Part shown: positions 24,244 to 37,180 of the stretch, piece after piece
How positions within the stretch are numbered: position 1 is the stretch's first letter
How the letters are laid out: every line of letters begins with the position of its first letter
DNA from: Phoronis australis
Lineage: Eukaryota; Animalia; Phoronida
DNA: 59,466 bases
NCBI GenBank assembly: GCA_002633005.1
Contig: NMRA01000048.1
Coordinates: 501,745 to 561,210, forward strand
Reading direction: 5' to 3'
The notes under the pieces: model-generated
Told to the model about the DNA's origin: nothing
Databases searched by the model: none
The model's input: only the letters and a program-made list of their open reading frames with translations
Position numbers and translations under genes: made by a program

Positions 24244-25754
24244 GCAAATCAAAAATCAAAGGACTCGGGTCGCTTTGATGTTGTTGTTAGAGACGAGCAG
24301 TGCTGTCACTGATAGCGAACAGGGAGTTAGTTTTGTCGCGCAATAAATGAATTATTTGCGCCCAGTTTGGTAAGTAACTCCTTAAAACCCGATGTATAGT
24401 TTTGTTTTGACTAACTTAAACGATTTATGTTCGTCCTGAACTGGTGCAAGCGATGGTCGGACATCGAGCTCACTGGAAATCGTTGTATGGATTTTTGATG
24501 ATTGTCATACAGCCCATAAGTAATCAATAAGGTGGTGTGGGTTAATGCTTAACTATTTTTTTTTTTTGCTTGCTGGAAGGAACCCGGCTTGTTGATAGTT
24601 TGAAATTGAACTGGAAAACAGTCCAACTCCAAGCCAGAGTGATTTCACTGTATAAATAATTAAATTGGCAAAAGTTGTATAAATCATGTTTAATTGTTCC
24701 ATTTGAAATTCTTGCCTTGTCTAAGAAAGCCAGGATTTCTGAAGAAATTTTGTTTTTTGCTTTGTTCACACAAAATTTCATAATTAAGTAAGCCCTAAGA
24801 CTTTTATAAATTAAATTTTGTTCTTCAATTGTTGAGGCCAGAAATCAACACACAAACAAACAAGAAACCAATATTAACTATGGATTGTGCCACGTCTTGA
24901 CTGGCCCCAGTAGAGTACTGGAGATGGAGCTTCATATGATGGAAACTTTTTGGCAAATCATACCTCGCACTGATCATTAAAATATCAAAGTCACGCTGCT
25001 TATGCACATAGACAGACCCCTTAGGAGGCAGTTGAACAAATATTCCCATAATCAAACTTTCTCTTTGAGCAATCCTTCGTTCAGTTGCCCAAATTGGCAA
25101 CTGGCCATTTCTTCACTGTGCGCACCAGGGGATATGGAACCACGTCATCTTGAGTTGGAAGGAATTAAACATTGACGGCCTCCTAAGGTGTCCCTCTATG
25201 TGGAAAAGCTACTTAATGTGACTTTGATGTTTTAATCAGTGTGATCCATAATTCACTGAAAAGTTTCCAGCTTATGAAGCTCTTATATCATCTTCACCGT
25301 CTCTACTCAGGGCCATTCAAGGCTAGGCGCAGTCTATATTAACTGGTGAGTGACATAAATACACATATCAACCTAATGCACCTAAGATGAATAACATTTC
25401 TTTAAAAAATTCTGATTATTTAGGATATGTGGGCCTAATTTGCCTTGGTACAAAGCTGTTTTCATACAGCTAGCTGGCTAGCTAGGGCCTAAAGTGCTCA
25501 TGTGGTAAGTTACTGGCAAGATGCAATCACCATGAAATTGAGGATCTACAAAATGTTCCATTGTGACCATATGCCCTTAAGGGTTTTCTTGACAGCCTGG
25601 CTTGCGTTGAGTAAATGTTTTCCAAGTTAGCTGACTTTGCAGCCACTTTTGGCAGTAGTAATTGCACAACACATAACCCATCCTTTTCTGTTTTGCAGTT
25701 CGAAAACACTTGTGTATGACTGACCAGAATCACCTACCCCTTACTAACAATTAA

Positions 25755-28700
25755 ATGGCAAAAATTGGTGACCATGCTTTGGGAAACTGGGGCAAGGCAT
25801 ATGTTACAGAGAGGACAAAGGCTATGCCTAAGAACTCCCTGTTTGGCTCAGTTCTTGAAAAAAAGACCCAAGATGATTATCTAAATATGGGTGAAATTGA
25901 CGTGGAGAGGAGAAAGCAACAAGAGCTTGAAAAACGTTTGCCAAGGAAACGTCATATTCCAACTCGGCTTCGTGATAAACTTCCAGGTTAGCTTCAAGTT
26001 TGTAATATTTGTGTGGCTATACCAGAATTTTTTTGGTTTTCAACCTTAACTGTTCCTACAAAAAGGATTTTTTTAAAACCAACTCAGTACTGGCTAGTGT
26101 GTACTGCAACCAGTGTGATAGATATCTTCTCACCAGCAAGTCTGTGGAACTTTTTCAGATAGTTCCTTGGTAATTTTATCCTGATTTCTTATGCAATTTT
26201 ACCATAATGTCAGTGAGACATGTTAGGGAGATTTTGTAATTTTGGAAACTACAATTAATTATAAACCATGTAATACTTTTTATTGAGATGTAGCATAAAC
26301 CTATGGTATGCATAAAAACATGTTGAATATTGACAGTACACACACATTTTAAAAACCGAATTTTCCAATCGATATGCTCTTTGTCAGCAGTGGGTGTAAT
26401 ACTACACAGACGGGAGGAAGAAATATAGACCAAGAATAACACTTTTAAAATGCTTAAAAAAGCATGAGAATGAAATATAAGATCCTCACAAAGAAAGGCA
26501 CTTGTAGTCGCTTGACCACCAGCTGGGGATAAAACAAACTATAGAAAGGATAGATACATGCAAGTCAAGATAATGAGTTAAAACCTTGGAAAATCATGTG
26601 ATGTAAGAAATAAAATACAGTATGAAATGTCCAGGTATACGGTTAGTTGTGTAAAGTAGATCTAAAATGACAGGATCCCAGTGTCTGTTGAGATTGTGGT
26701 TGTAAGTATTAAATTTGGCAATCATTTCAGATTCAACCTTCCATCTGATAGGAATCATAGTCATAATGAAGGTTGTCTCTAACACGTAAACCACTGACAA
26801 AGAGTTCACTCAGCACTTGGAACGTTCGTTTTTACACGTGTGCTGTATCTTTATCTATGTTACCCATATAATGCAGTACCTCTTTGCATCCTTATCGTAA
26901 ATCAATAATGTCTGTTGAAATAACAAATGCCAAATTTATTTTGCACCATTTTTCTCTTCTAAATTGTTGTTTGTAAAGCGTTTGATGATGAACGTATTAA
27001 TTGCTCTTTTCAGTGTTCAAGTGTACTTCCATGATCCTTTTTAATTCTTGTAGATATGTAGCCTTTTTTCATTCATTTGTTGCTATAGATCCATGGTTTC
27101 TGTGCTATACGTCTGTTGTTGATGCAGTGAATGCAAGGAGATTTCTAACCTTTGACCTGATACAATAAGGTCCATGCTTTTTGCCAAGTGAATTTGAAAA
27201 AACTCTATGAATTTTGAGTTTCGGCCCACTTCATGTAGGTGGATGGACGGCGATATCATTCTATACCATGCCCCCCCCCCGCCATCCAGTAAAGTAAAGC
27301 GGGATGACTATGTTTTTACATAGATTGAAATATACTATATCATTATATACCATGCCCCCCTGCCATTCAGTAAAGAGGGATGACTATGTTTTTACATAGA
27401 TTGAAATGTTCTATATCATTCTATATCATGCCCCCCCCTGCCATCCAGTAAAGTAAAGACGCATGACCATGTTTTTACATAGATTGAAATATTCCATAAA
27501 GAACTGAGGTTAATCATGTGACTATGTTTGTCGGATTTCGAAAATGTTGGGATCAATTTTGGCAAAACTCCTCGATATCTGACTGATATTTCCTATTCCC
27601 TTCCGTGAGCCAAATCTCATCACAAGGTTGCTGGGATATTCCTGGACTGTGCATTTGCACTATTAGCACATGAAAAATAAAACCTGGGCACAAAAAGTAC
27701 ATTGTAGCAGTACGCCCCCTGGGCGCATCTTTTAAAACGCAACTCTCTTCCAAAAATACAAGATTCTAGTCAACTTACAGCCAATCGGGTAAAACATGAC
27801 TTTGTTCTTTAACCACTTCAATTATGTGTGTTGTGAAGCGTGACTTCTGGTTGTCATGCAGATAAAGCCTCTCTAAGCCACTTTCCAAACAGCAATTGCC
27901 TGGTGGCCGAATGGTTTAGATGCTTTACCTTTGCTTGTGCAATCTGGGTTCAAGTCCCAACGGAGACACTGAAATTTTCTACAGAAGCTAGTCATGAGTA
28001 AATTGGTTTGCCGTCTCAAAGTTCTTTTAATGAAAAAACTAAAACTGCCTTTCATTTCCAATGTCCTTTAAAATTGTTCAAGGTTTCACATGTTATCAAC
28101 CATATCCTAACGCACTTCACTCAGAGGATTAGGGTAGTTTAATAACTCAGTGTCATGTATACACCAGCATGACATCATCCATTATAATTTCAATAGAATG
28201 ACTCCTACATGGTCATGGTATATTATGAGTCCTTCTGTAGAGAAAGGGTTAACAGAAGTTGATCGGCGTCGCTTGCACTATTGGTTGAATACACATTACA
28301 AGAAACCTGTCATGCTGCAGTATCCATATCGTCCATATGGACCAGGTCCTAATAAACTGTTGCGTATGTTGAATATGTTGATGTTTTTGTCATAGACATA
28401 CATGTCACAGATCAGACATGTGTGACTGTTGCGTGGTCCAATCCTAAATGTTCAAGGTTAGATCTCAAAAACACTGTTGCAGTTTTCTAAATATCATTTT
28501 GTTTTCATTTTATGCAATTTAAGAGTTTTTTCTTGAAAATAATAAGAAGTTAGACTATTTTTTCATCATAGAAAAGTTGAACATTTTAAAAACACTGAAT
28601 TCCAAGCAATATATTGGAGAACAGTGTACAAAGCATAGTGTTTGAAAGTTTAAATGTATCCAATCTGCCGTTTGTGAGATATGGTGTTGTTTGTGAGATA

Positions 28701-31700
28701 TGGTATTGTTTGTGAGATATGGTGTTGTTTGTGAGATATGGTGTTGTTTGTGAGATATGGTGTTGTTTGTGAGATATGGTGTTGTTTGTGAGATATGGTG
28801 TTGCCAAGTTTGGATGTGTTTCTAGAATCCTACATACCCTTAATCAATGTTTTCACTTATCTGTGTCACAACTATGCAAATTTTGCTGTACTCCTATTGT
28901 AATAGTGACATACTTTTTTGCTTTTCATGTATGCCACAATTTTGACCAAACTTCATGCCAAAGAGTAAATAAATGGCATGAGCTTGCATGTGTGCTTTTA
29001 GGTTGGTCACATCCTACTTGCACAAATCAGTCCTAACCTTTTGTTTTGCAGTCCTGAAATCACTTTCAAGTAGCAGGGCTCAGTTTTGTAACATCAATAG
29101 GTGACAAGTTTTAAAATTGCCAAGAAAGCTGTGTGTTCATTGTTGTTTTGTTTGAGTGTTTCTGTTACTTTGTCAGGTCCTGAGGTAATTGAGCACACAA
29201 AAGAACAAATTAGCAACCAAANGTCACAACTATGCAAATTTTGCTGTACTCCTATTGTAATAGTGACATACTTTTTTGCTTTTCATGTATGCCACAATTT
29301 TGACCAAACTTCATGTCAAATAGTAAATAAATGGCATGAGCTTGCATGTGTGCTTTTAGGTTGGTCACATCCTACTTGCACAAATCAGTCCTAACCTTTT
29401 GTTTTGCAGTCCTGAAATCACTTTCAAGTAGCAGGGCTCAGTTTTGTAACATCAATAGGTGACAAGTTTTAAAATTGCCAAGAAAGCTGTGTGTTCATTG
29501 TTGTTTTGTTTGAGTGTTTCTGTTACTTTGTCAGGTCCTGAGGTAATTGAGCACACAAAAGAACAAATTAGCAACCAAAGAGCAAGGACTGAAAACATTG
29601 CGAAATATATACAGTCAGCTCAAGAGAGGGCATTGTATTTCAACAAAGGACATCCCATAACCAAGCCTGACATTGGCCCCAGTACTTCAATTCGTGAACC
29701 TTGGATCACAGAAAATGATGTTATCGGTGCTAAGGAAATTAATGATCTTGGTTTAAATGAGTATAATAATTATGATAGAGATCGTTATCGAGTGAAACCG
29801 CCTGTTCACCAGTATGCTTTGATTGGCGATGTTTTGAGGACAGGGATGGATTTCACTGGAAAAAGGTATACTCCTAGTGTTGGCTCTCGTAGTCGGACAT
29901 ATCGAAGGAGACAAACACCACCTACCAGTAGTTGTGCTGGTTATCAGGGTGGCATTGTATTGGATCAGACACCATCTCGAATAGAAGTGGCAGGAAAAGA
30001 AGTGCCAGAAAATATTAAGCACAAGTTTGGAACCAAAATATGTGCCCAAGTTTTGAAGGATAACAATAAAGTAATTGACACAATCAATGAACAAGATCGC
30101 TTGAAGCTGGCAGCCCATCGTGCTTATCACCGTCAAGAGATTCGCCAAATGCCATTGGTCGATCATCCAGACTATCGTGACCTTGGCAACAGTCTTCGCA
30201 GCAATATATTACCTGGATTTCACTTTCATAATCCTACTTTAGCAAAGGATACCTATACTCAGGCTGTGTTTGATAATCGCTTCCAAGATCCTGACAAGTT
30301 CAGATACCAAATAGACGAGCTTGGTACGTTATCATATTTTTTGTTTTTTGTGTTGCTAATCTGTCTTTTCAGTACTACAAACCTTAAAAAATTGACAGTT
30401 CTGTGGCCATGCATAATAATGTGAAAACTTTTATGAAGCAATTGGCAACTCATGTGACTGTTTGATTGTACTGGCATTTCATTGAATAAAGCTCTTTCAC
30501 AGCTAAATGGCAACATGAACATTGGTACATCATGACCAGTTGCTAAATTGCTTTTGGAGGGGGGCTGTTTGAGTTTAATATTATAACTTTTTACAGGTCT
30601 ACATGGAGACTTGCGGCTCCATGTAAGTTTTTGCGCAGGTCTACATTTAGACTTAATGTAAAAAACATTGCAGTGTTGCGACACTTTAGTGAAACAGGAC
30701 ACCCTGAAGTGTTGTTATTTTTTCAAACATTAATATTCCAAAACACTATTTTGAGTATTGGCATACTCATGGTCATGGGTCTAAGTGCTCGTGTGTATTC
30801 GCTATGTTTCATTGGTAAATTCTAGACATGTTTTTTTGGACATGGCTTACCCAACCAGTCTTCATCATAATTGAAAACACATCATCAATAGATGCCACAG
30901 CTTCAACTAATCTAATTAAAGGTAACATCTCACCAATTTTGGACAAAAATAATTGGCAACAAAAATTTTCAAGGTCTTGTAACGTCATTGTGAATGCCCA
31001 CAATTATTCAAGACTTGGTTTGGTGGCAGCTGTGGTACAAAACTTTAACATGGACAAGCATGTAATTTGGCACTATATATGTTGCATTGAAAAAATGATA
31101 AAACATAATTTCACTTGTCCGCCATATTGTGTACTAAATTTAAGACTTTACCTACCTTTTGGAAAAATTGTATTAGCTCAAGGCTTTCTTGTTTCATTTG
31201 ATCACCGTTAAAAACTACTGCTTGAAAATCTTTGTGAACTAAAAGTTTCTATTGGTGATGTGAAAGTTTGTTCAAAATTATTTTTTTAAAGTTTTGTTCA
31301 TTTTATGGAAGTCTTGAGGTTTAGTTGTGTTTTGTTATAGGCACTTGGGCTGAGCAAGATGTTTTGCGTGATCGAATGAAAAAAGCTTGGGTGGAATACA
31401 CAACTGAGCGACAAACCAAAAATGCTGTATAAGTTTTTGTAATGGTATGTTTTATGTCATGCTTCTGTTGTCTTGAATTTACTATAATTCCAATTTTGTT
31501 CTTACGTTGCTTGCTAATGTGTTGTTCCTTTTTGTTTTTGTGTTATAACTGTTAAAAAAAGTATGTGCCATTAATTTCCATATCCTTAAGGCCTTTCTTC
31601 AAATTTCAGTGAAATTGTTCTGTTACAAAATTATTTTTGTTTATGTGTTTTAAATACTTAATGCATAGTTAAGTGTTTGTCTCATTCCCGCCATTCTTCA

Positions 31701-32173
31701 TATTGATAAGTAAATAGTTCTGGTATTGTTATGCTCAATTTGTGATTATTTGGTGATTTTTTGCAATTTCAATTTAATAAGTAAATAGCATTCTGAGTCT
31801 GAGTTAATTTTAAGATTTTATTTTATTTACAGGTCAGTGGTCAGAATATGAATCAATACGACAGAGGGTACAGAAAAAATGGAATGAATATATGGAATCC
31901 AAACCCAAGCCTACTGTCAACTGGGACAGAAATGCAAAACGACCTAAGCCTGAACCCCCACCACCTCCTGAGGCAAAAACCAAACCGAAACCAAAGAAGC
32001 CAAAAGCTGATAACCAACCTCAACCTAGTGAAGAGCCAGTCTTTGAACCTGTGGAGTTCAAGACACCGCCTTTGACTCCTCTTGCTCTAGCTCCTGAAAA
32101 ACCATTGACTGTTACTGCAGATTTCAAGCCAGATGATGATTTCTGGGATTTTTACAATCAAGATGTTCCATGA
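25755..32173 (+). CDS. TEX33: TEX33 / CIMIP4-like ciliary microtubule inner protein, two alternative last exons
   Basis: Exons 25755-25986 (acceptor at 25698), 29535-30323, then either 31341-31432 (370 aa) or 31833-32173 (453 aa). VPENIKHKFG...DYRDLGNSLRSNILPG...TLAKDTYT...IDELGxW matches recalled TEX33 IPENIRHKFG...DYYDLGYNMRSNLFRG...SLMKASYT...TDDLGRW. Probable non-coding exon ending at donor GGTAAGT ~24369. Confidence 0.8.
27253..27492. repeat. ~85-bp tandem repeat, 3 copies
   Basis: TATCATTCTATACCATGCCCCCC..GCCATCCAGTAAAG..GATGACTATGTTTTTACATAGATTGAAAT repeated. Confidence 0.85.
28670..28803. repeat. 19-bp minisatellite, 7 copies
   Basis: Unit GTTTGTGAGATATGGTGTT. Confidence 0.93.
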
Positions 32174-33323
32174 GTGTCTCCATAGAGTTTCTTTTGATTT
32201 TGTTGTCATCTGTTCATTTATTCATTTTGACTGATATTAAAAAATACAGAACACTTAATGAAAAGTCACGTTTATAAGTTAGTTACATGACTGCAGTTCC
32301 TTGAAATGTTTTTACTGTACAAATTTCACAGGTAAAATATCAAAATATCACTTCCCAGATTCATATTCTACAACCTTGTTCATTTGGAAGACGATATGTA
32401 AACTTTACAACCAAGTCACATTCACGTTCAAGTTCAGTCAAAATCGTCTTCTTCTGGCAGACTGGAGTTATAGTATTTAAATGCATTTTTATCAAATTAA
32501 ATTGGCTAAACCCACCTCCCTGTTTCAAAAACTAACTTTTGGTTTAGACCACTTACTTTTGTGAAATTGATCTCAAATTATTCCTCAGTCAATTTGGATA
32601 TGATTTCAGGGCTTCTAAGGAACTGGCAGTTCATTTTTGCCGAGGATATGGTGCCGTGGCGACATGCTGTTTTATGCACCAAGCATGAGGTCACCCCATA
32701 GGGAACTGTCAGTTCTTGGCAAATCTAGTACAGAAATCACATCTGGTGTGGGTAAAAGAGTTGAGACCAATTGGTCTAAATCAAAAGTTCGCTTCTCTGA
32801 TGGACGGAACACAGGTTTATGAACGATTTAAGGGTTACACAATATTCACAAATGTATGCACATCGGACATCTGAACCCTGTCTGGAAGATATTACAGATG
32901 TCATGGGCACTGAAAAAAGTGGGGGTCTATAGCCCCCCCCCCCAGCCCCCTATGCTGCGCCCCTCATGCATGTGAACGCTGGGCAGATGCCTGAACTTTC
33001 TTATCGTCTGCTCCCAAATCTGAAGGCTGACCTGCCTGCTTATCCCAGGTTCTTTATTGGCAGGCAACTTATGGCTAGCCCAGCTGGTGACTGAGATGGC
33101 AGACAGGAAGCCATCGTGACGCATTTTACGTTTGTAGTACCTTATCCTTTAGACAAATATCTACAAATTTATAAATTTTAAGTCTGTAAAGGTGCATATT
33201 TTGTGAAAGTAGAGAGCCTTTAAAGATTTCTGACTTCATACTAAACTGCGATCAAAAGCGTAAGCCTAACCTGGGTAGAGTTCAGTGGCTGTCTCGCGAC
33301 TAGAAAAATCACGTTTTCTCATT

Positions 33324-33685
33324 CACGGGTGAACAACATGACCGCCGGTCCTCTAAATCGTACTGACTCACCCAAAACAGGACCTTCGGGGATCAAATGG
33401 GACCGTCGCACCAGAAAATGGGACTGACGCACCTAAAAACATGACCGCCCCACCAGAAAAAAGGACCGCCGGGGACTGAACATGACCGCCGGACAATATG
33501 CGGTTTCAATCCCCGGCGGTCATGTTCAGTCCCCGGCGGTCCTGTTTTCTGGTGGGGCGGTCATGTTTTTAGGTGCGTCAGTCCCATTTTCTGGTGCGAC
33601 GGTCCCATTTGATCCCCGGAGGTCCTGTTTTGGGTGGGTCGGTCCGATTTAAGATGACCGGCGGTCATGTTGTTTCTCACCCGTG
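33324..33685. mobile_element. Fully palindromic MITE, CAC termini, 5-bp TSD
   Basis: TCATT|CACGGGTGA...TCACCCGTG|TCATT; ~170-bp arms with reiterated GACCGCCGG motifs. Confidence 0.8.
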
Positions 33686-33803
33686 TCATTTGAAATACAA
33701 GACAATATCTCACGTAATCTCGCGAAGTCTTCCTTTTTAGCGAGATCCTATCGTAGGTCCTGAACTCTACACAGGTGTTTTTAGTATAATTTAGCAAAAA
33801 AGG

Positions 33804-33934
33804 TAAATAGCGAACAGCAGCATCTAACGACCAAAGTAAATAGCGAACAGCAGCATCTAACGACCAAAGTAAATAGCGAACAGCAGCAGCTAACGACCAA
33901 AGTAAATAGCGAACAGCAGCATCAGTAACGACCA
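33804..33934. repeat. 33-bp minisatellite, ~4 copies
   Basis: Unit AAATAGCGAACAGCAGCATCTAACGACCAAAGT. Confidence 0.9.
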
Positions 33935-35245
33935 AATTTCCGATGGATATTATCCTCAAGATGAAGTCTAAGAAGCTTTATGCAAATCTTAAGTCATATT
34001 TTTGTTAACTCCTCGTACACATGTGGAACATTTCAAGAACAATTTCTAGCAGAAGTTCGGTGAACGGTGCATCTGCATCCGAATGTATATGAATCCAACC
34101 ATCCACTTCTGACATGTGATTTTTCCGACGAAGTTAGCCAAATTTGGGTATTTTTAGGATCTTTCATATTCTTAGGCCGATAATTTGCCTTCTTGGTGAT
34201 CAAACGTCTTGTTCGCCTTCTAAATTACTTACTTATTTGAGCGCTGCCTAAGGAAGCTTTTCGAAAATTATGAAGATCAGAAATGTTTTATCATAAAAAT
34301 GATCAATCAAACTATTTGATCACCTTTTCCGTTCGTTTCTTCAAAACCCAATTTCTTTTGTCTGACATGCCGTATCAGGATGAACTTTCATTACGATTTA
34401 AACTTGCAGTGAACAATGAAAATTGAGAACCAGCGCATTATACCTTATTCAGTGCACACGACAAACTTAAAGTGGTTAGTACGAATTAAAGTAACCTAAT
34501 TTACTTCATACGCAAGACAAAACGTGCTTAAACTCGAGACAAATTTAAATAAGAGTAAATCCACAGACGTAATGTTATGCATCGACGACTATTTGCATCA
34601 CACTTGCGTCACAAAACTGCTTACGAATTCATACGGTGGAAATCCGACCGAAGGTAAGGTCAGAAATCAAGTGAAATGTCATTTTTTTCACAAACAGGCG
34701 AAAACATACGTGAGCAATTTTATTGACAGTGCTTATCTCCAATCATTGAACACGTTCGTAATTTGTTCATTTCAAGTTACGGGGATTGCGGTCCTCAAAG
34801 TCGCAAACGAACCTCTCGCAAGCACCTGTTCTCTGCCCGAGGCACTCCGACGACTTAACTTCCTTTGTGGTGAGCTGTGATTAGAGCTCCTTTGTACCAA
34901 TTAGTGATACCGTAAAGGCCTACTGAAAAACTGGAGCCGTAAACTGTAATTTTCCATCTCTATGGGTAGGCTATCACTTACATAGAAGAGACACAGGCTT
35001 ACGGGACGTGGTGCAATGATGGGTCCAACTTTTTCATTAACATATTCTGTAAGAAAGGCTGCCGTTTTAGATTTTACTAAGGTTTGCTCCTTTTTTATTC
35101 TTTCGAAGATTTAATTGTTAAGTTTTAAACCCCTATATAAGGGTAGGAAAAGCCCTTTTTATACGGGAGTGGTTTCATGTCGCTGACTGTAAAATGGTGG
35201 GTATTCTAATTCTTCTGCAGTGCAGCCTGTCAAAATGTCAGGTAA

Positions 35246-36579
35246 AGGCGAAGGCAACCTTTTTTCATGTCATTTTTATCAAAAATGAGGTTCGTTGATT
35301 ATCCCAGAAATATTTTTCACTTATTTACTGCTTTTCGTAATTTAATTAAGTACTCGTCGTCTACTCCGTGAGTGACGTTTTGGGAGGCAAGAATTTCGCG
35401 CCAATTTCTTTTCATATAGTCTGACTGTGAGAGCAGTCGAGTCAGTCATTGTTCTACCTCGGTTGTGATAAGTTCGGTCTTCGTTTGCTTTTGCTTACGA
35501 GTCAGTCAACATGCCACGCTGTTGCTGCGTACTGGGGTGTACTCATTATCGTCTCACGTACAGAGGAAGAACTGTCCCACTTGCCCGAGTGTCCCGCAAC
35601 ACACTCCCACTGGAGGGTGATCTGAGCACCCAAACTGCTTAGATCCCGCCGTGTGACTCCCTCGCCCCACACCTGTCACCTTCTAAATAGCTCCAATAGA
35701 AGTCCACAATAAACTTATCAAACTTAGGCTCACCGATCTGTTCATTGGATGACGAACTGTCCTCTTCACTGGGTGTCGAACTGGGCCTGTATTCACTCCC
35801 ACTACTCAACATCGCTGCAGGGATGCTTACAGGCTCTGGGCTAGAGACAACAGCACAGGGCGAATCACTGCTAGTTCCCGGAATTGCACGCAATAGGGTA
35901 CATTCGGAGGCACGGGTGACAGTAGATGAAGTGCCCCAGTCACTGTATATAGTGGCCACAGCTCGCGAGGCTTCTCGCTTCAAAAACGCGCTTCTTGGAG
36001 TTGGCGACGGAGCATTGCCGGGAATCAACAGCGACGGTATGGTACCCTTCTTCAGGCGTTGTTTCGCAGGGACCTTCATCAATTCAGCGTACATATGTCT
36101 GTCGTAATCTGACGGCAGAAAATGCTTGCCACACACTCGGTAGCCCTCCACTGCTTTGTACGTTGCGTGGACGGGTAGCGCTGCGTTATTCACATGAACG
36201 AGCTAGCCAAGTACGGCGAAGTGTGTCATCCTTCGGAAAGCGACACAAGGTACCCAAAGCGCGTGTGAGACGATAATGAGTACATCCCGGCACGCAGCAA
36301 CAGCGTGGCATGTTGACTGACTTGTAAACAAAAGCAAACGACGACTGAACTTATCACAACCGAGGTAGAACAATGAGTGACTCGACAGCCCTCACAGTCA
36401 GACTATCATATGAAAAGAAATTGGCGCGAAACTCTTGCCTCCCAAAACGTCACTTCCGGAGTAGAAGACGAGAAATTAATCAAATTACGAAAAGCTGTAA
36501 TTAAGTGAAAAATGTGTCTGGGATAATCAACGAACCTTATGTTTGCTAAAAGTGACATCAAAAAAGATTGCCTTAGCCT
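35246..36579 (-). mobile_element. Kolobok-type element (longer relative of 1091-2001) with frameshifted THAP-transposase N-terminus
   Basis: Same TIRs AGGCGAAGGCAAC. The minus strand from ATG 36311 gives MPRCCCVPGC...RFPKDDTLRRTWL/..RVCGKHF...LKKGTIPSL (complete C2CH THAP with AVPT-like box), then EPKFDKFIV. The DDE core is absent. Confidence 0.8.
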
Positions 36580-37102
36580 TTATGAACCCCCGAGGCTTCA
36601 TCGTTGACCTACTGGGCGCGTCTTATTATGTTGTCCGGTTGTATCGACACCGACAAATGATTCGTAACCGCATTGTGAACCTTTAACATATTGTTCAACT
36701 TGGCCGCCGTCGTGAACATCTTGCTGCGCTATCTACATAAACTATATGATTTCTCCTGTTGTGGCGGGTTGAAAACTGCGGATGATAATTGCATACGCAC
36801 CCGTTACAAGCGGTAAAGTTCTGTTTACGAAACGAGAGTAAACCACCAAAAATTCAATCTGCCTGATAATGCTATATTTGTTACTCTCTGAGTACGGTGT
36901 GCTAGTATGAAATCGCCCTGCATAGTGGAGATAGCAAGGCGACAGTCACCGAGCTGTAGTCGTGACTTTTTTATTTCACAATTATGGCTGGAATAATTAA
37001 TTGTAGTTAAACGTACCACATGTTTCCATGGCAATCTCCACAACATTGCACACTACCATTAAAAAATAAATCACAAGAGACATGAGTTAGTGGCTTGAAA
37101 AC

Positions 37103-37116
37103 GTTACCATAGTAAC
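37103..37116. promoter_or_regulatory. RFX X-box (GTTACCATAGTAAC)
   Basis: Perfect X-box consensus 65 nt upstream of the ATG at 37181. A second near-consensus GTTTCCATGGCAAT lies at 37022-37035. Confidence 0.65.
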
Positions 37117-37180
37117 TACAGGTGACTTAACCATCATCACAGGTTGGCATCGGTGTAGATTCTCCAGAGAATAGTTCACG

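Noticed and set aside
27089-27240. Possible extra TEX33 exon after CTATAG
   Set aside because: In-frame TAA in the required phase; exons 25986 and 29535 already join in frame.
28864-29222. Apparent duplication of TEX33 intron and exon 2 start
   Set aside because: Near-identical 358-bp overlap ending exactly at an N; typical contig-overlap artefact.
35639-36193. Domesticated THAP transcription factor
   Set aside because: Frameshifted, lies within intact TIRs, and has a deleted sister copy; a transposon relic.
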